Notes: a model not told the origin generated them from the sequence alone. DNA of 64,000 nt from a virus (IMGVR_UViG_3300034284_002648:1-64000), one strand, 5' to 3'. Shown: positions 1 through 11,561, numbered from the stretch's first letter. Made by a program: numbers and translations.

Positions 1-1136
1 TAGACGTTAATGGATCAGCAAGTGTATCCAGTATAACATCTGATGAATTCAGATACAATACTGCTTCAACCACAGGACAACTTATAGTAGCAAGTGGAGA
101 GAATATAATTCCTAGCGACTATAATGTAGAAAATATTATAGTTGGAAATACAAGTGGTATTCTTGTGAAAACTGGCCCGGTATCATCATCCGGTTTATCT
201 AATATATATATAAATAATAGTGGGTTAAATATTAATGCTGATATCCAGATTCCAAATCTAGTCAATAATTATTTACTTACATTAGATAATAACAATAGAT
301 TATCTAATTATTCATATATATCACTAGGTGCATCCGCTATTAGCTTTGACAAAAATATTAAAGTTAATACTAATAATGAATATACTATAGATGGTAATGA
401 ACCAGATATATTTACCGATGGATATGTTGTTACTAGTGGACTAGTTATTGATCGTTCATCAGTTATGCCATCTGGAGCAATGTTAGTTCACATGGGTAAT
501 GGTTTGGCAAAATGGAAAACTATTACTGGTAATGATCTAATATTTAATGACTCTAATTTACAATGGAATAAATACCCCCATAGAAATGCTACAATTAATA
601 GTAGTACACAAATTACTATAAATGATATTATAGATTCTGCGGAGTTTGTTACCGGTGATACAATAGGTATTATACAAAATAATAATACATATTATACAAC
701 TATTAATAGTCAAAGTATTGTAAATGGATCAACAGTATTGCTAGTAGCCACCATGGGCATATCATCAGGATCAGCTGAAATATATTCAACAACAAGAGGT
801 GGATATTTATCTAGTTCTGTAACTAATGGTGCAACTACTAACAGGTTTAGTATCAGACCCGGCACAGCAACAATATTAAATTCAGGAAAAGCAAACATAG
901 ATTTTGGGGTTTATGGTTCATCAAATAATTATGCATTATATATTAATGCAGATTATGACGATAATAATAACGATGAATCCCAAGTTGTTATCAATGGATC
1001 AGTACCATACAATATTAGTAGTCAAAACTATGCTACACTTACAGTAAATGGATATTTATATGCAGAACAATTAAGAGTAAGTGGTAATGTAGATATTGAC
1101 TTCGGTGTTGTAGTATTTACAGGAGTAGCGCCATAA
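1..1136 (+). CDS. Putative tail fibre/virion structural protein, 5'-partial
   Basis: The frame of ORF 165..1136 is open back to position 3 (DVNGSASVSS...), so the gene starts upstream of the window. It is beta-rich and Asn/Ser/Thr-rich with DVNG and LTVNG fibre-type motifs. Confidence 0.55.
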   Translation, partial: DVNGSASVSSITSDEFRYNTASTTGQLIVASGENIIPSDYNVENIIVGNTSGILVKTGPVSSSGLSNIYINNSGLNINADIQIPNLVNNYLLTLDNNNRLSNYSYISLGASAISFDKNIKVNTNNEYTIDGNEPDIFTDGYVVTSGLVIDRSSVMPSGAMLVHMGNGLAKWKTITGNDLIFNDSNLQWNKYPHRNATINSSTQITINDIIDSAEFVTGDTIGIIQNNNTYYTTINSQSIVNGSTVLLVATMGISSGSAEIYSTTRGGYLSSSVTNGATTNRFSIRPGTATILNSGKANIDFGVYGSSNNYALYINADYDDNNNDESQVVINGSVPYNISSQNYATLTVNGYLYAEQLRVSGNVDIDFGVVVFTGVAP

Positions 1137-1612
1137 TGTCAGGATATATAAAAAGAGATATAACCACCTCCAACCCACCAGCACCAGATCAAATAGGAGT
1201 AGGAGAATTAGTTATTAATGCCACAACTGGTATTATGTATTCTAAATTAACTAATGGTATTATTATCAAATACCTACCAGTCTACGCATCTGCATCAACA
1301 GTGCCAATCATAACCTTTAGTGACTATTCTACCTTCTGTTGTACCGGAGACACCCTCACTGCTACAGTATCCAACTTAACAGTTGGAGAAAGCTATACTT
1401 ATGAATTTGTTGACTTAAATAATAATGGAGTTCAATTTACTGGAGATAGTACAGGATCTCTACTACCCACCTCCAATGCATCAAGAAGCGTAAGTGTTAT
1501 TTTGAGTATGGATGGCCCAGAAAGCGTTACATTGGTGAAATTTGTTGTTAAGCTTAATAATGTGGTTGTAGCAGAAAATATAGCATCTATTTGTTGTAGA
1601 GCTTGTTCATAG
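1136..1612 (+). CDS. Virion protein: N-terminal fibre-attachment-type motif plus one Cys-bounded beta-sandwich domain
   Basis: YIKRDITTSNPPAPDQIGVGELVINATTGIMYSK matches the KR..P..GEL.IN motif seen at phage fibre N-termini (Mtd_N/hyaluronidase_1-like). TAATG overlap with the upstream gene. Confidence 0.6.
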   Translation: MSGYIKRDITTSNPPAPDQIGVGELVINATTGIMYSKLTNGIIIKYLPVYASASTVPIITFSDYSTFCCTGDTLTATVSNLTVGESYTYEFVDLNNNGVQFTGDSTGSLLPTSNASRSVSVILSMDGPESVTLVKFVVKLNNVVVAENIASICCRACS

Positions 1613-1624
1613 GAATAATATTTT

Positions 1625-2572
1625 ATGCCTAAAATTTTTAATTATAGTATTAGTAAGTGCATAGATGGAATTGTTATACCATTTAGTGGAATACCATTAT
1701 CAGTAAATGAAATATACGCAGTAACATTTACTCATCAGGGTTCTACGCCCAGCGGATCAATTATTCTAAATCCAAGCGGATATTCATATACTCCAAGTTC
1801 TCCTACTAGTAATATATATACAACGGCACAAGTAAGTGGTATAATTGAAAGTTCAAGTTCTCATTTAGTAAAATTATCAATTACCAAAAATGGTACTAAT
1901 ATATATACAGATTTCGCTTCTATAGAGTGCGGCGAATTATGTATCACACAAACACCCACATACACATCCACCAATACTCCAACACCTACAGCTTCAGAAA
2001 CCCCAACAAATACACCGACACAAACTCCTACGCCAACCAATACAAGCACAGCAACTCCTACTCCAACAAATACTGTTACCAATACTTCTACTCCAAGCGA
2101 AACTCCAACTAATACTCCTACGCCCACACAGACTCCAACCAACACTCCAACAAACAGTCCAACTAATACTGTCACCCCATCACAAACTGCTACCAATACC
2201 CCAACCCCATCTATTACTCCAAGTAATACGGAAACTCCTCTGCCTAAGCCTGTTGATTTTTCTATGAGTTTCCCCGAACACATTATTGATTTGGAATGCT
2301 GCACATCTCCCAAATTGATCAATGTCAATTTAACCGGTCAATTAAATCAGCAATATTCATATACATTTAGCAGTATAGATAATCCAGAATATGTGGTATT
2401 TGATAATCCTAGTGGAATAGTATACTTATCAGAACCAGAGATGAATATTTATACCAATATCCAAATTTTGAGCGATACAGTTGAGAGCCTTATTAAGTGT
2501 CGTATTTTTGATGGTTTCAATAATATCGATGCGATGGCTGTTGTACGATGCAATAACCATAAAAACACATGA
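1625..2572 (+). CDS. Thr/Pro-linker virion protein with two Cys-bounded beta-sandwich domains
   Basis: 315 aa; a central ~100-aa TPTNT tract is flanked by two copies of the repeated domain. Confidence 0.7.
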   Translation: MPKIFNYSISKCIDGIVIPFSGIPLSVNEIYAVTFTHQGSTPSGSIILNPSGYSYTPSSPTSNIYTTAQVSGIIESSSSHLVKLSITKNGTNIYTDFASIECGELCITQTPTYTSTNTPTPTASETPTNTPTQTPTPTNTSTATPTPTNTVTNTSTPSETPTNTPTPTQTPTNTPTNSPTNTVTPSQTATNTPTPSITPSNTETPLPKPVDFSMSFPEHIIDLECCTSPKLINVNLTGQLNQQYSYTFSSIDNPEYVVFDNPSGIVYLSEPEMNIYTNIQILSDTVESLIKCRIFDGFNNIDAMAVVRCNNHKNT

Positions 2573-2575
2573 ACA

Positions 2576-2584
2576 GTGTATAAT
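2576..2584 (+). promoter_or_regulatory. Putative late-type promoter motif GTGTATAAT
   Basis: Lies in an intergenic gap. The same motif occurs at 32303 and a variant at 9948. No TTGACA-like -35 is visible upstream. Confidence 0.45.
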
Positions 2585-2624
2585 TTAATATGAGGACGTC
2601 CCATGATCAATAATAGGTCAAAAA

Positions 2625-3368
2625 ATGAACGATACTAATCTATCTATAGACTTTGATTTTAGCCACTATTTTACTCCAGAAACATACGATATACAAACTA
2701 GTAAAATTGTAGAGCTAAACACAGACCAAATAAAATGCAAAAGAATTATAGTATCTGTAGTAGCTAATGGTTTAGAGCTTGGTAGACAATATACTATACA
2801 ATATTCTTTAAAAAATCTTAATGATAACATTTTTTCACCATCAACAGAAACATTCTACGCATCCAAAGCAACACAAAAGTTTTCTACTGTAGCCACTATA
2901 AATGATAGTCAGGTCTACATAATGAATGTTCTTATAACAAGAACCGGTTCTCCGTCTTCCGCCTCCGACATGGTAACTGTTAAATGTGGCAGTATTATTA
3001 CATGTCCAACAGAGCCAGTACCAATAGTACTTTCAGAATATGTTAGATTTGCCGACAGACCATTATTGCCGGTTGCTGCGCCCTACAGATGTGATGCTCA
3101 AGTAAATATACAAGCATTAATTAATAATGCTACTTTAGGAGAAAATTATACTTATACATTTTCTTCACTCGAAACCAATCCCAAAACAACTATTTCTTTT
3201 CAACCAGCTAGTGGGGTTGTTTCAGCCGGTGATGTCATTCAAAACATAAATACTGTTGCTAAATTTATTGGACAAAGCAATATATATTGTATTAAAATAG
3301 TTGTAGAAAATCAAGCACAAGATTCTTTTGAAGACTACTTATTAGTTCAGTGTTCAACCTGTAATTAG
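2625..3368 (+). CDS. Virion protein, two Cys-bounded beta-sandwich domains
   Basis: C..NGLELGRQY..FSPS..SDMVTVKC and C..NNATLGENY..FQPASG..EDYLLVQC. Confidence 0.7.
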   Translation: MNDTNLSIDFDFSHYFTPETYDIQTSKIVELNTDQIKCKRIIVSVVANGLELGRQYTIQYSLKNLNDNIFSPSTETFYASKATQKFSTVATINDSQVYIMNVLITRTGSPSSASDMVTVKCGSIITCPTEPVPIVLSEYVRFADRPLLPVAAPYRCDAQVNIQALINNATLGENYTYTFSSLETNPKTTISFQPASGVVSAGDVIQNINTVAKFIGQSNIYCIKIVVENQAQDSFEDYLLVQCSTCN

Positions 3369-3376
3369 GAAAGATT

Positions 3377-4024
3377 ATGTCAAAACTATCAGTAAAATTT
3401 GATAATACAACCCAAAAAATTGATAATCCAGACTGTTGTCCTAAAGGGGTTATCCTATCCTTTAAGGTTGAGAACATGGTGCCAGGAGTACAATATAATT
3501 GCTCATTAAGTACAATCGGCTCAGGATCAGCAGTATTTAAGCCTAATAATTTTAATATTACTGGAACACAGATTTCCGAAAGTTTTATGGTTGTAGCAGA
3601 ACTAAAAAATACTAGAGTTCATGTTATAAAAGTATCTATTGTTAACAATAATGATAACACAGATAGGGTTGAAGATATTATGACCCTCGAATGTGGACAA
3701 CCAAAATTCCTAGCTGCTTCATTTGAACAAAATAATATTATTATAGACTGTGGAGGATTTGATAATAGTTTAATTGGAAAAATTACTAATCTAATTTCTG
3801 GGAATAGATATGCTTATAGTTTTTCTGCTCTCGATTCTAGAGAAAGTGGTAATCTTAAATTCTCTCCTCCTAGCGGTACTGTTATTGCTACAACAGATGT
3901 AGAAAATATCAATACTTTGGTGCAATATTCTGGCAGATCAAAATCTGTTATTGTTAAATTAACAGTCACAGACTCATACAATAATTTTTCAGATAGTACA
4001 CTGGCCACACTAAAGTGCAAGTGA
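3377..4024 (+). CDS. Virion protein, two Cys-bounded beta-sandwich domains
   Basis: CC..ENMVPGVQY..EDIMTLEC and C..TNLISGNRY..FSPPSG..ATLKC. SD (TAGGA) overlaps the upstream stop. Confidence 0.7.
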   Translation: MSKLSVKFDNTTQKIDNPDCCPKGVILSFKVENMVPGVQYNCSLSTIGSGSAVFKPNNFNITGTQISESFMVVAELKNTRVHVIKVSIVNNNDNTDRVEDIMTLECGQPKFLAASFEQNNIIIDCGGFDNSLIGKITNLISGNRYAYSFSALDSRESGNLKFSPPSGTVIATTDVENINTLVQYSGRSKSVIVKLTVTDSYNNFSDSTLATLKCK

Positions 4025-4034
4025 GAGGAAATAA

Positions 4035-6338
4035 ATGTTAAGTCTACAATTTACAAAAACTATTATTCAAACCAATAATCCTGATGTTTGTTCATTAGGA
4101 GTAGAAATCTTTTTAAATATTAGTGGATTAATTCCTGGCCATAGCTATCAATTAAATTTTACAAAAGTTACTTCTGACGGCACAGTTAGTTTTGATCCTC
4201 CTTATGAAACTTTTGTTGCCAATTCTACTGTTCTTGGTAATTTCTTGGTCAAGGCCACATGTCAAGATGCAAGATATTATATTTTTAATGCTTCTTTGAC
4301 AGATCTTTCTACAGATGAGGTTGTAGAGGATAATATAACACTAGACTGTGGAGGAATCCCTCCCGGTATAACTCCAACGCCTACTAATACTCCAACTCCC
4401 ACCAATACTCCTAGTCAGACGCCAACAAATACGCCCACCTCTACTGTCACAAGCACAACAACAAATACTCCAACTAATAGCCAGACTCCAACTTCAACAC
4501 CAACTCCGACTACTACAACAACTAACACACCAACTAATACTGTTACTAATACAGCAACGCCTTCCCAAACACCAACTAATACTACAACTCCTACACAGAC
4601 ACCAACCAACTCCCCTACGCCAAGTGAAACACCACCAGTTTCGCCAACGCCAACAAATACTCCTACTAATACAACTACTCCGACTAACACATCTACTCCA
4701 ACACAGACGCCTACTAATACTGCAACTAATACATGCACACCAACGAATAGTGCGACACCAACTACTACAGCAACACCTACAGTTACTCCTACCAATACAT
4801 CAACACCAACACAGTCTATTACTCCATCACTAACACCAACACTGACCGCAACACCAACCACTACATTAACACCGACCAATACTACCAGTCAAACACCAAC
4901 ACCTAGCCCAACCAACTATCCTCTCGATGAATGTATAGGTACTGATAAACCAGCGTACTTCCTAGGTTGCTGCACTAACAATAAGCTTATTTCTCCTCAT
5001 CATAGAATACAGGTTGTTTTTGTTAATTTAAATATTGGCAATAGATACTTTTTTGAAATTATTGGAACAGATAATGTTAAGGTATATTCTACTGAAGATA
5101 ATTTTGTTGCACAGTATTATGAGTATTTAACAACAGCTTTCATCGCGGTTAAACAAGAATTCTGCGAACTGAATTATTTAACCATTAATTTATATGATGA
5201 TAGTAGAAATCTATTAAAGAGTAGATCTGTATTAGTATCTTGTGAGTCAGAAGAATATAAGAATGTAACAGATTGTACAGGAGCATCTGTTTTCTTTATT
5301 AACGATCCCGTAAATAGCAATATCTGTTTCTATTTTTCTGATGATTGTCGTAAAATTATTAATGTCACACCTACTCCAACTCCTACAAACACATTAACTC
5401 CGACAAATACGGCTACAAGCACACCAACTCAGACTACAACACCAACACCTACTAACACTCAGACCCCAACAAATACTACTACACCTAGCCAGACACCAAC
5501 CAATACTCCTACTCCTAGTGTGACTAGTACTAATACTCCAACACCAACAACAACATCCACACCAACACCAACAGCTACGGTCACAAGTAGTCCTACAGCT
5601 ACCAATACGCCCACACCAAGCTTGGTTAATAGATGTGCTATGAGAAACTATCTCATAGTTAAGGTTGGTACCACAGAAGCACTACCATACACAAATCTAT
5701 CTGGATCATATAGATCAGCTATAATGACAGGTTCTAGATCTCCGCTCGTTATAGATGGAATATCTTTAGATAATGGAGATTTAGTATTAGTTAAGAATAA
5801 TATTGGAGGAAATACATGGACAGGTTCAGATGTGTATACTGTACAAAATTCTGGTAGTCAATTTGCTCCTTGGGTTTTAGTTTCTTATGTTCCCACCACA
5901 GGAGAATGGTGCAAATTATTCTCCGATAATTTAGCCGGATCACAAGATAACTATTGTCCTGTTTACATACAACAAGGCAACATTAATTCTAAGAGTGAAT
6001 GGTTATTACCATCCAATTTTTCAACACAAGGTGCTATACAATCTGACTTGAGATGTGTTGATGATGTTATTATTAGACAGGTTCGTTTAGCTACAGTTGC
6101 TAATATAACTCTAACAGGACTACCTGTAATAGATGGAATACAAACATCCATTAATGATAGAGTATTAGTTAAAAACCAAACAGATCCTATTGAAAATGGT
6201 ATATACATAGTAGCTGGAGCGGATAAGTCATGGTACAGATCTTCAGACGTTAGAGATAATTTAAATATAATCACAGAATTAAGGGTCTATGTTTCTCAGG
6301 GTGTAGTAAACAAAGACTCTGTATGGATTATTAACTAA
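4035..6338 (+). CDS. Thr/Pro-linker fibre/decoration protein
   Basis: Two beta-sandwich copies and two long TP tracts. Two C-terminal copies of the phage structural motif IDG....DRVLVKNQT...NGIY..W.R. SD GAGG upstream. Confidence 0.7.
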   Translation: MLSLQFTKTIIQTNNPDVCSLGVEIFLNISGLIPGHSYQLNFTKVTSDGTVSFDPPYETFVANSTVLGNFLVKATCQDARYYIFNASLTDLSTDEVVEDNITLDCGGIPPGITPTPTNTPTPTNTPSQTPTNTPTSTVTSTTTNTPTNSQTPTSTPTPTTTTTNTPTNTVTNTATPSQTPTNTTTPTQTPTNSPTPSETPPVSPTPTNTPTNTTTPTNTSTPTQTPTNTATNTCTPTNSATPTTTATPTVTPTNTSTPTQSITPSLTPTLTATPTTTLTPTNTTSQTPTPSPTNYPLDECIGTDKPAYFLGCCTNNKLISPHHRIQVVFVNLNIGNRYFFEIIGTDNVKVYSTEDNFVAQYYEYLTTAFIAVKQEFCELNYLTINLYDDSRNLLKSRSVLVSCESEEYKNVTDCTGASVFFINDPVNSNICFYFSDDCRKIINVTPTPTPTNTLTPTNTATSTPTQTTTPTPTNTQTPTNTTTPSQTPTNTPTPSVTSTNTPTPTTTSTPTPTATVTSSPTATNTPTPSLVNRCAMRNYLIVKVGTTEALPYTNLSGSYRSAIMTGSRSPLVIDGISLDNGDLVLVKNNIGGNTWTGSDVYTVQNSGSQFAPWVLVSYVPTTGEWCKLFSDNLAGSQDNYCPVYIQQGNINSKSEWLLPSNFSTQGAIQSDLRCVDDVIIRQVRLATVANITLTGLPVIDGIQTSINDRVLVKNQTDPIENGIYIVAGADKSWYRSSDVRDNLNIITELRVYVSQGVVNKDSVWIIN

Positions 6339-6350
6339 GGAGTAGACTAC

Positions 6351-8492
6351 ATGGTAAAACAGGTACAAATCGGCAAAGACCCATTAAATTTTTCTAGACA
6401 AGAAAATACAGGGATCAACTGCCCACCATGCCAAACCCCAACACCAACTCCAACAGTTGCATGTATCACCGTTAATCTCAAAACCAGTGTTGCCTGTAAT
6501 AATTATACTGTTAAAGATTCTCTAAAGTTGGTATCTACTGATAAGCTTACATCTGTTACTAAAATATCAGATAATGAGTTAATTATGACAGGTTATGGAT
6601 CATGCTTATCTATTAATGATAATGTTCCAGTATCTAGGGCGCTTGTTGGTAAAACAAAACTACAATATGTACAACAAACAGACGGTAAAACTTCAACATA
6701 TTTCTCTATAGACAGTGATTTTGGAACCAAGGGCAAAGTTAATAGCATATTCTATAACTCCAACAACCTAAGAGTCTCTGCAAAATTTGATCACATAACA
6801 ACACAAACCGTATCAGGACAAACCAAAATTATAGCAGCAGGACAAACAGACTACAAAGCACTAGTTGCCAGATATTCAGCAACAGGAGCATTGGACAGAA
6901 CATTTGGCTCTGGAACCGGATACGTAACAATAGATACAATAGGTGAATCATCGTCAATTAAACTTTTAGATGTTTTTGGCTTGCATATTCAAACAGATAA
7001 TAAAATTTTACTATTTTGTAATGGATATGACATTGTTAATAAAAGATCTCTTGGTATAGTATTGAGACTTACTAATTCTGGTCTTATAGATAACACTTTC
7101 AATAATAATAAAACATATATACAACTTAGATCATCATTATCAGAGTTCGACGGTAGTAAATTCATTGGTAAAGAAGTTTATTTTTCTAATGATACTTTAT
7201 ATATTGTATTTGAAACATTTTCATCTATAAAACAAAACACGGTTATAGTAGCTAAATACAATATGTTTTCTGGTACTATGGATGAAAATTTTGGAGATAA
7301 AGGATATATTTATGCCAACACCGATAATAAAAATACCTATCTACAAAATATTTTCGTTAAAACAATTGATAATAAGAATATAATTTGTTTAATCATTAAT
7401 AACAACAACACTAGCTTACAAATTAATAAATATGCAGAAACCGGTATCGCAACGACCGATCAACCAGTAATCATACCCAATACCGTATTTACTATTTCCG
7501 ATAATACTAATAGTGGTTCACTAAAAGTTAATTTTGAGAATATCCGATGCAATCAATTAGATCTAGGCTCAGAAGTTATTTTATTTCTAAACCTCTCTAT
7601 CAAAAGTAATTCATTGGATCAGTTAGGAGGATCAAACCAATCACTATTACACTGGCTAGAAAAACAATCATTAATTACTGGACAATTTAATTATTCAGGA
7701 CTAGACTACCGCGACTGCACAACAGTTCCTTGTGATAGACAGCCCGAAGATAGTTATGGCACCCTTGGAATTAAGTCACAATCTGTAACAAAATATGATA
7801 CTTCAACCAGAGTATTGTTTGGATATTTAAAATTATCTAATAATATTACTACAGCATCTCCAATTAAATTAGACAGATTTAGCTCACTTGATGAGCATAA
7901 TATAGTTAAAAGAGTTATAGAAATATCTCCTAAATCTTATGTTTTAGCAGGATATTACGGCTCCAATACATATTCTAATTTTGGTATAAAAACAATCACC
8001 TTAAATTCTGATACTCAGTCTTTTGGACCAAGACAAAATGAAGTTTTTGGTAATATAGACTTTAGCGATTTTTGTAATACAACAACAGCTATAGATGATG
8101 GAATTGTTATAGAAGAATGTCCATGTGCGCCAGCACCTTCTCCAACACCAAGTCCAACACCGCCCCCAGCAACCAGTGACATTTTTATTGATACTGTTAC
8201 AGATAGTTGCGACAATCAAATTCCTGTTGTTACTTTCGCATGGAAGAAAAACAAAGAATCATTAGCTGGTTCATACGTAATACAGATTACAAAAGCATCT
8301 GATAAATCTGAGTTAGTTGCGGCTTCGTTTGAGATAAAAGCCACGGATAGTCAAGGTTCTGTTAGTGTAGATGTGAGCAACATTGACAAGGCACTAAATA
8401 ATAATAAGACTTGCATAGCCTCTATTTTAGATAATACGGGAACAGTAATATTTACTAAGATTTTTGTACTCAACATTAGAAATTGTGCATAA
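6351..8492 (+). CDS. Delta-60-repeat (beta-propeller) virion protein
   Basis: VARYSATGALDRTFGSG, IQTDNKIL, LRLTNSGLIDNTF and GTMDENFGDKG are delta-60-type repeats. Short TP linkers; SD AAGGAG. Confidence 0.7.
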   Translation: MVKQVQIGKDPLNFSRQENTGINCPPCQTPTPTPTVACITVNLKTSVACNNYTVKDSLKLVSTDKLTSVTKISDNELIMTGYGSCLSINDNVPVSRALVGKTKLQYVQQTDGKTSTYFSIDSDFGTKGKVNSIFYNSNNLRVSAKFDHITTQTVSGQTKIIAAGQTDYKALVARYSATGALDRTFGSGTGYVTIDTIGESSSIKLLDVFGLHIQTDNKILLFCNGYDIVNKRSLGIVLRLTNSGLIDNTFNNNKTYIQLRSSLSEFDGSKFIGKEVYFSNDTLYIVFETFSSIKQNTVIVAKYNMFSGTMDENFGDKGYIYANTDNKNTYLQNIFVKTIDNKNIICLIINNNNTSLQINKYAETGIATTDQPVIIPNTVFTISDNTNSGSLKVNFENIRCNQLDLGSEVILFLNLSIKSNSLDQLGGSNQSLLHWLEKQSLITGQFNYSGLDYRDCTTVPCDRQPEDSYGTLGIKSQSVTKYDTSTRVLFGYLKLSNNITTASPIKLDRFSSLDEHNIVKRVIEISPKSYVLAGYYGSNTYSNFGIKTITLNSDTQSFGPRQNEVFGNIDFSDFCNTTTAIDDGIVIEECPCAPAPSPTPSPTPPPATSDIFIDTVTDSCDNQIPVVTFAWKKNKESLAGSYVIQITKASDKSELVAASFEIKATDSQGSVSVDVSNIDKALNNNKTCIASILDNTGTVIFTKIFVLNIRNCA

Positions 8493-8502
8493 GGTAAAAA
8501 CA

Positions 8503-9948
8503 ATGGAAAGAATCAAATTTAAAAATAATACATTAAATACGGTCATTATACCAAACAGATTTACTCTTAAAGGATATATGGTTGAGGCTATATATGTTGA
8601 TGATCCAACCACTGTTGTTGGTGCTCCTTGCGGAAAGGGACATAGTTGTGATCGTGCCCGATTCAATATTGTTATTAATGATGTTGTGGTCTTGGAAGCT
8701 AATTTAAATAATCAAATAGAGGGTGGTGGCACAGTTGAAAGACCGGATCATCCAATAGCTCCTCGTCCACCATTAATGTCCGATGGCATAGGAGCATCGG
8801 AAATGGATAGATATTCAGCGAATATTATATCAGAATCCACTGCTAATCAAATAGCAGATAACGATCCAATCAACTATACCATTAATATTTTTCCACACCC
8901 AACAAATACTAATCCTCATACAGATATTACTTGGGTTAGAATTAAAGATCCAGAAGAAAATATCATTTATAGTAGCTGTTCATCTGCTGGTCAGGCAGTT
9001 TCTGTGACTGAAAATATTTTATCGAGCCTTTCTGCTGTCAAAAGACTAGAATGTTTAGATACTGTAAGTCTAGATTTTGATATTACAAATATGGAACCTG
9101 GAACAGAATATGCTATTAAATACAGAGTATTAGATATTCAATCTCTTAATACTATACCATTAAATGAGAAGACATATGAATTCTCAAACCCATGCTGCAC
9201 CAATAAATTTACTCAAGAATATTTGAATGGATTTACTATTACTCCATCATCAAGAAATATTTCTTGCAAGGTACAAATGAGTCTCAGATGCACACAATCT
9301 GCTCTTGTAGAAATTTCTTTATTGAGGAACAGCACTACACTCAGCAGAGATATTGCACAAATCATATGCCCCATCTGTAAACTTGACACATCTATTAATC
9401 AACCAATTATTGAAAAAGCATTATTATCTAATATTAATGATCAGTTTACTATTAATTTTACAAATCTTGATGTTTTAGGAAATACCATCAATCAATCTTT
9501 TGGCACCAATAATACAGCTAGTGTTCCTAATATTATTGAGAACAATAATTCTTATATAGATACCCCACTTAGCTTAACAGCTAATAATCTTACTATTAAT
9601 GGATATTACGAATATAAATTCTACACAATACCTGCGAATGCTCCCATATCTATAGAACCTATGACTGGAAGATTTTTTGCCGGAGAAACACAACAAACAG
9701 TAACATCCATGTTTAATATGACAAATAACCAAATCTCAATAATATATGCTTCTTTAAAAGATTTGGAAACTGGCGTTGTAAAAAACACTAGATTAGTATA
9801 TTTGGTAAACACAAGAAATTGTTCCGAACTTCCCAGAAATTTTGAATTGATAGAATATCCACAAAATGTTTCCACAGAATCTGGATTAGAACTTGGAGAA
9901 ACCTGTGATCCAAATAAATTGTTGAAAACATGTATATTGCCCCAATAG
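8503..9948 (+). CDS. Virion protein: HxC...NPH domain plus two beta-sandwich domains
   Basis: Start moved from 8464 to the ATG at 8503, which follows the upstream stop and an AAGG SD. The N-terminal domain is homologous to 48080-48450. Confidence 0.65.
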   Translation: MERIKFKNNTLNTVIIPNRFTLKGYMVEAIYVDDPTTVVGAPCGKGHSCDRARFNIVINDVVVLEANLNNQIEGGGTVERPDHPIAPRPPLMSDGIGASEMDRYSANIISESTANQIADNDPINYTINIFPHPTNTNPHTDITWVRIKDPEENIIYSSCSSAGQAVSVTENILSSLSAVKRLECLDTVSLDFDITNMEPGTEYAIKYRVLDIQSLNTIPLNEKTYEFSNPCCTNKFTQEYLNGFTITPSSRNISCKVQMSLRCTQSALVEISLLRNSTTLSRDIAQIICPICKLDTSINQPIIEKALLSNINDQFTINFTNLDVLGNTINQSFGTNNTASVPNIIENNNSYIDTPLSLTANNLTINGYYEYKFYTIPANAPISIEPMTGRFFAGETQQTVTSMFNMTNNQISIIYASLKDLETGVVKNTRLVYLVNTRNCSELPRNFELIEYPQNVSTESGLELGETCDPNKLLKTCILPQ

Positions 9949-9960
9949 TGTATTAGTATA
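9948..9960 (+). promoter_or_regulatory. Putative late-type promoter motif variant GTGTATTAGTATA
   Basis: Intergenic; resembles GTGTATAAT at 2576 and 32303. Confidence 0.35.
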
Positions 9961-9977
9961 GTACAGAGACCAATAAT

Positions 9978-10454
9978 ATGATTAATAATTTGATCTTAAA
10001 AGTATCGTTATCTGATGGATGTTCAGTAGCACAGGATATATTAACCATAATATGTCCAACCAGTACTCCTACGCCAACAATAACGGCCACTCCTACGAAT
10101 ACTCCAACTCCAACACCTACAGCTACTCCATTGCCAATTAATCAGGTTTCATATTTCCTTAATCAGACAAATAATTATACATATACAGTTGGTGGTAATG
10201 TTGTTGCTAAGTTTGCAACCACTAATACAGACGTATCAAGCGTTAATATAAAGTTACCAATTGTTCAAACAAGCAGCCCAAATATTTTGACACCAATATC
10301 TATTATTTATCAAAATACTGTTATTGGCCAATTACAGATAGATCCATCTCGCATATTCCTTGGTACAAATGTCGATATATCTTTTGCTCTTTCCAATACC
10401 GTCTACCAGTACACAAACATTGCTCTAACGGCCCCAGCAATCAATTTGAGCTAG
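9978..10454 (+). CDS. Small Thr/Pro-linker virion protein
   Basis: The N-terminal 27 aa resemble the final hairpin of the repeated beta-sandwich. A TP linker and a C-terminal beta-rich domain follow. Confidence 0.65.
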   Translation: MINNLILKVSLSDGCSVAQDILTIICPTSTPTPTITATPTNTPTPTPTATPLPINQVSYFLNQTNNYTYTVGGNVVAKFATTNTDVSSVNIKLPIVQTSSPNILTPISIIYQNTVIGQLQIDPSRIFLGTNVDISFALSNTVYQYTNIALTAPAINLS

Positions 10455-10466
10455 GAGTTTAAATAA

Positions 10467-11549
10467 ATGATAATCACAACCAGATTTTTTATATTTACAT
10501 ATTTAGGCAAAGAACCGCTCACTCTTCTTACGCCACCATCAAATATGTCTTCTGATCAAAGAGCACAATATAATACATTTATACAAAATGTTGACTCTAT
10601 TTATACATCTCAAAATAGTGCTGGTATTATTCCTACTTTTTATAAAACAAATGGAGTAGGAGATAAAAATTCTAGTCTCACTCAATTAGAGAGTAATAAA
10701 GCCTATTACGCCATTATGTCATCAACAGCAACATACCCAGTATTTGTTCCGGCTATAGGTGGTTTGGTACAAGGAAGTGGTGCAACAGGGTGTAGTGTTA
10801 GTCAAATACCGGTCATCTCATTCCCTGCTCCATCTTTTGTTCTCGAAGGAGAAAATCAAAATTATCAATATTTAAGTATTAATATTTCTCAATTACTACC
10901 CGGAACAAAATATCAATATAAACTAAGTAATTTTCAATCAAACTGGCCAGTTAAGATATTGCCAAAAGAAGGGGTTATTACACCACAGAGCACTAGCCAA
11001 AATATAAATGCTTATATGATGTTTGCTCCATCGCTTGATACAACAGATTGCCCAGATTGTTTTACAAATTACGTACTTGATCCAGACTATAAAGAAAATT
11101 ATGGACAAAATAATTTGTATGCAATATTACAAGTTTCTGTAGTCGCAGAACCATTCGATTCTTGTATTCCTATTGTGCAATCTATTCCAATTAGATGTAA
11201 GTCTTGTCTACCCAGAAGAACAATCAGTTACCCATCTGTAAAATTTACAAATGGTCCAAAACTAACTCTTTCGGGAGCTTGTGGAGATCAAGCATTTCCA
11301 ATTACTGTTGATGCTAGAAATTTTGATAAAGGTAAACCATATAAATATGTGTTTAGTGTTGATAATAATACATCTGTTATCACCCCTGCTAGCGGAATAG
11401 CAGGATTTGGAGATGGTGTGGGCCAGATAAGTGCGTTGGTAAATATTAAAAATGTATCCCCTATTGTTGCAAAAATTGAGGTGACATCTCAAGATGGTAT
11501 GAATAAAACATCTACAGATTTTCTAACTATCGAATGTAGTAATTGCTAA
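10467..11549 (+). CDS. Virion protein with two Cys-bounded beta-sandwich domains
   Basis: SQLLPGTKY..PKEG..IRCKSC and C..RNFDKGKPY..PASG..TDFLTIECSNC. SD TAGGAG. Confidence 0.7.
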   Translation: MIITTRFFIFTYLGKEPLTLLTPPSNMSSDQRAQYNTFIQNVDSIYTSQNSAGIIPTFYKTNGVGDKNSSLTQLESNKAYYAIMSSTATYPVFVPAIGGLVQGSGATGCSVSQIPVISFPAPSFVLEGENQNYQYLSINISQLLPGTKYQYKLSNFQSNWPVKILPKEGVITPQSTSQNINAYMMFAPSLDTTDCPDCFTNYVLDPDYKENYGQNNLYAILQVSVVAEPFDSCIPIVQSIPIRCKSCLPRRTISYPSVKFTNGPKLTLSGACGDQAFPITVDARNFDKGKPYKYVFSVDNNTSVITPASGIAGFGDGVGQISALVNIKNVSPIVAKIEVTSQDGMNKTSTDFLTIECSNC

Positions 11550-11561
11550 AAAGGATAAAGC

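Noticed and set aside
8464-8502. ORF-track starts at 8464, 26062, 54103, 165 and 63928
   Set aside because: Better starts exist at 8503 and 26083 (SD-supported) and probably 54079. The first and last genes run off the window edges.
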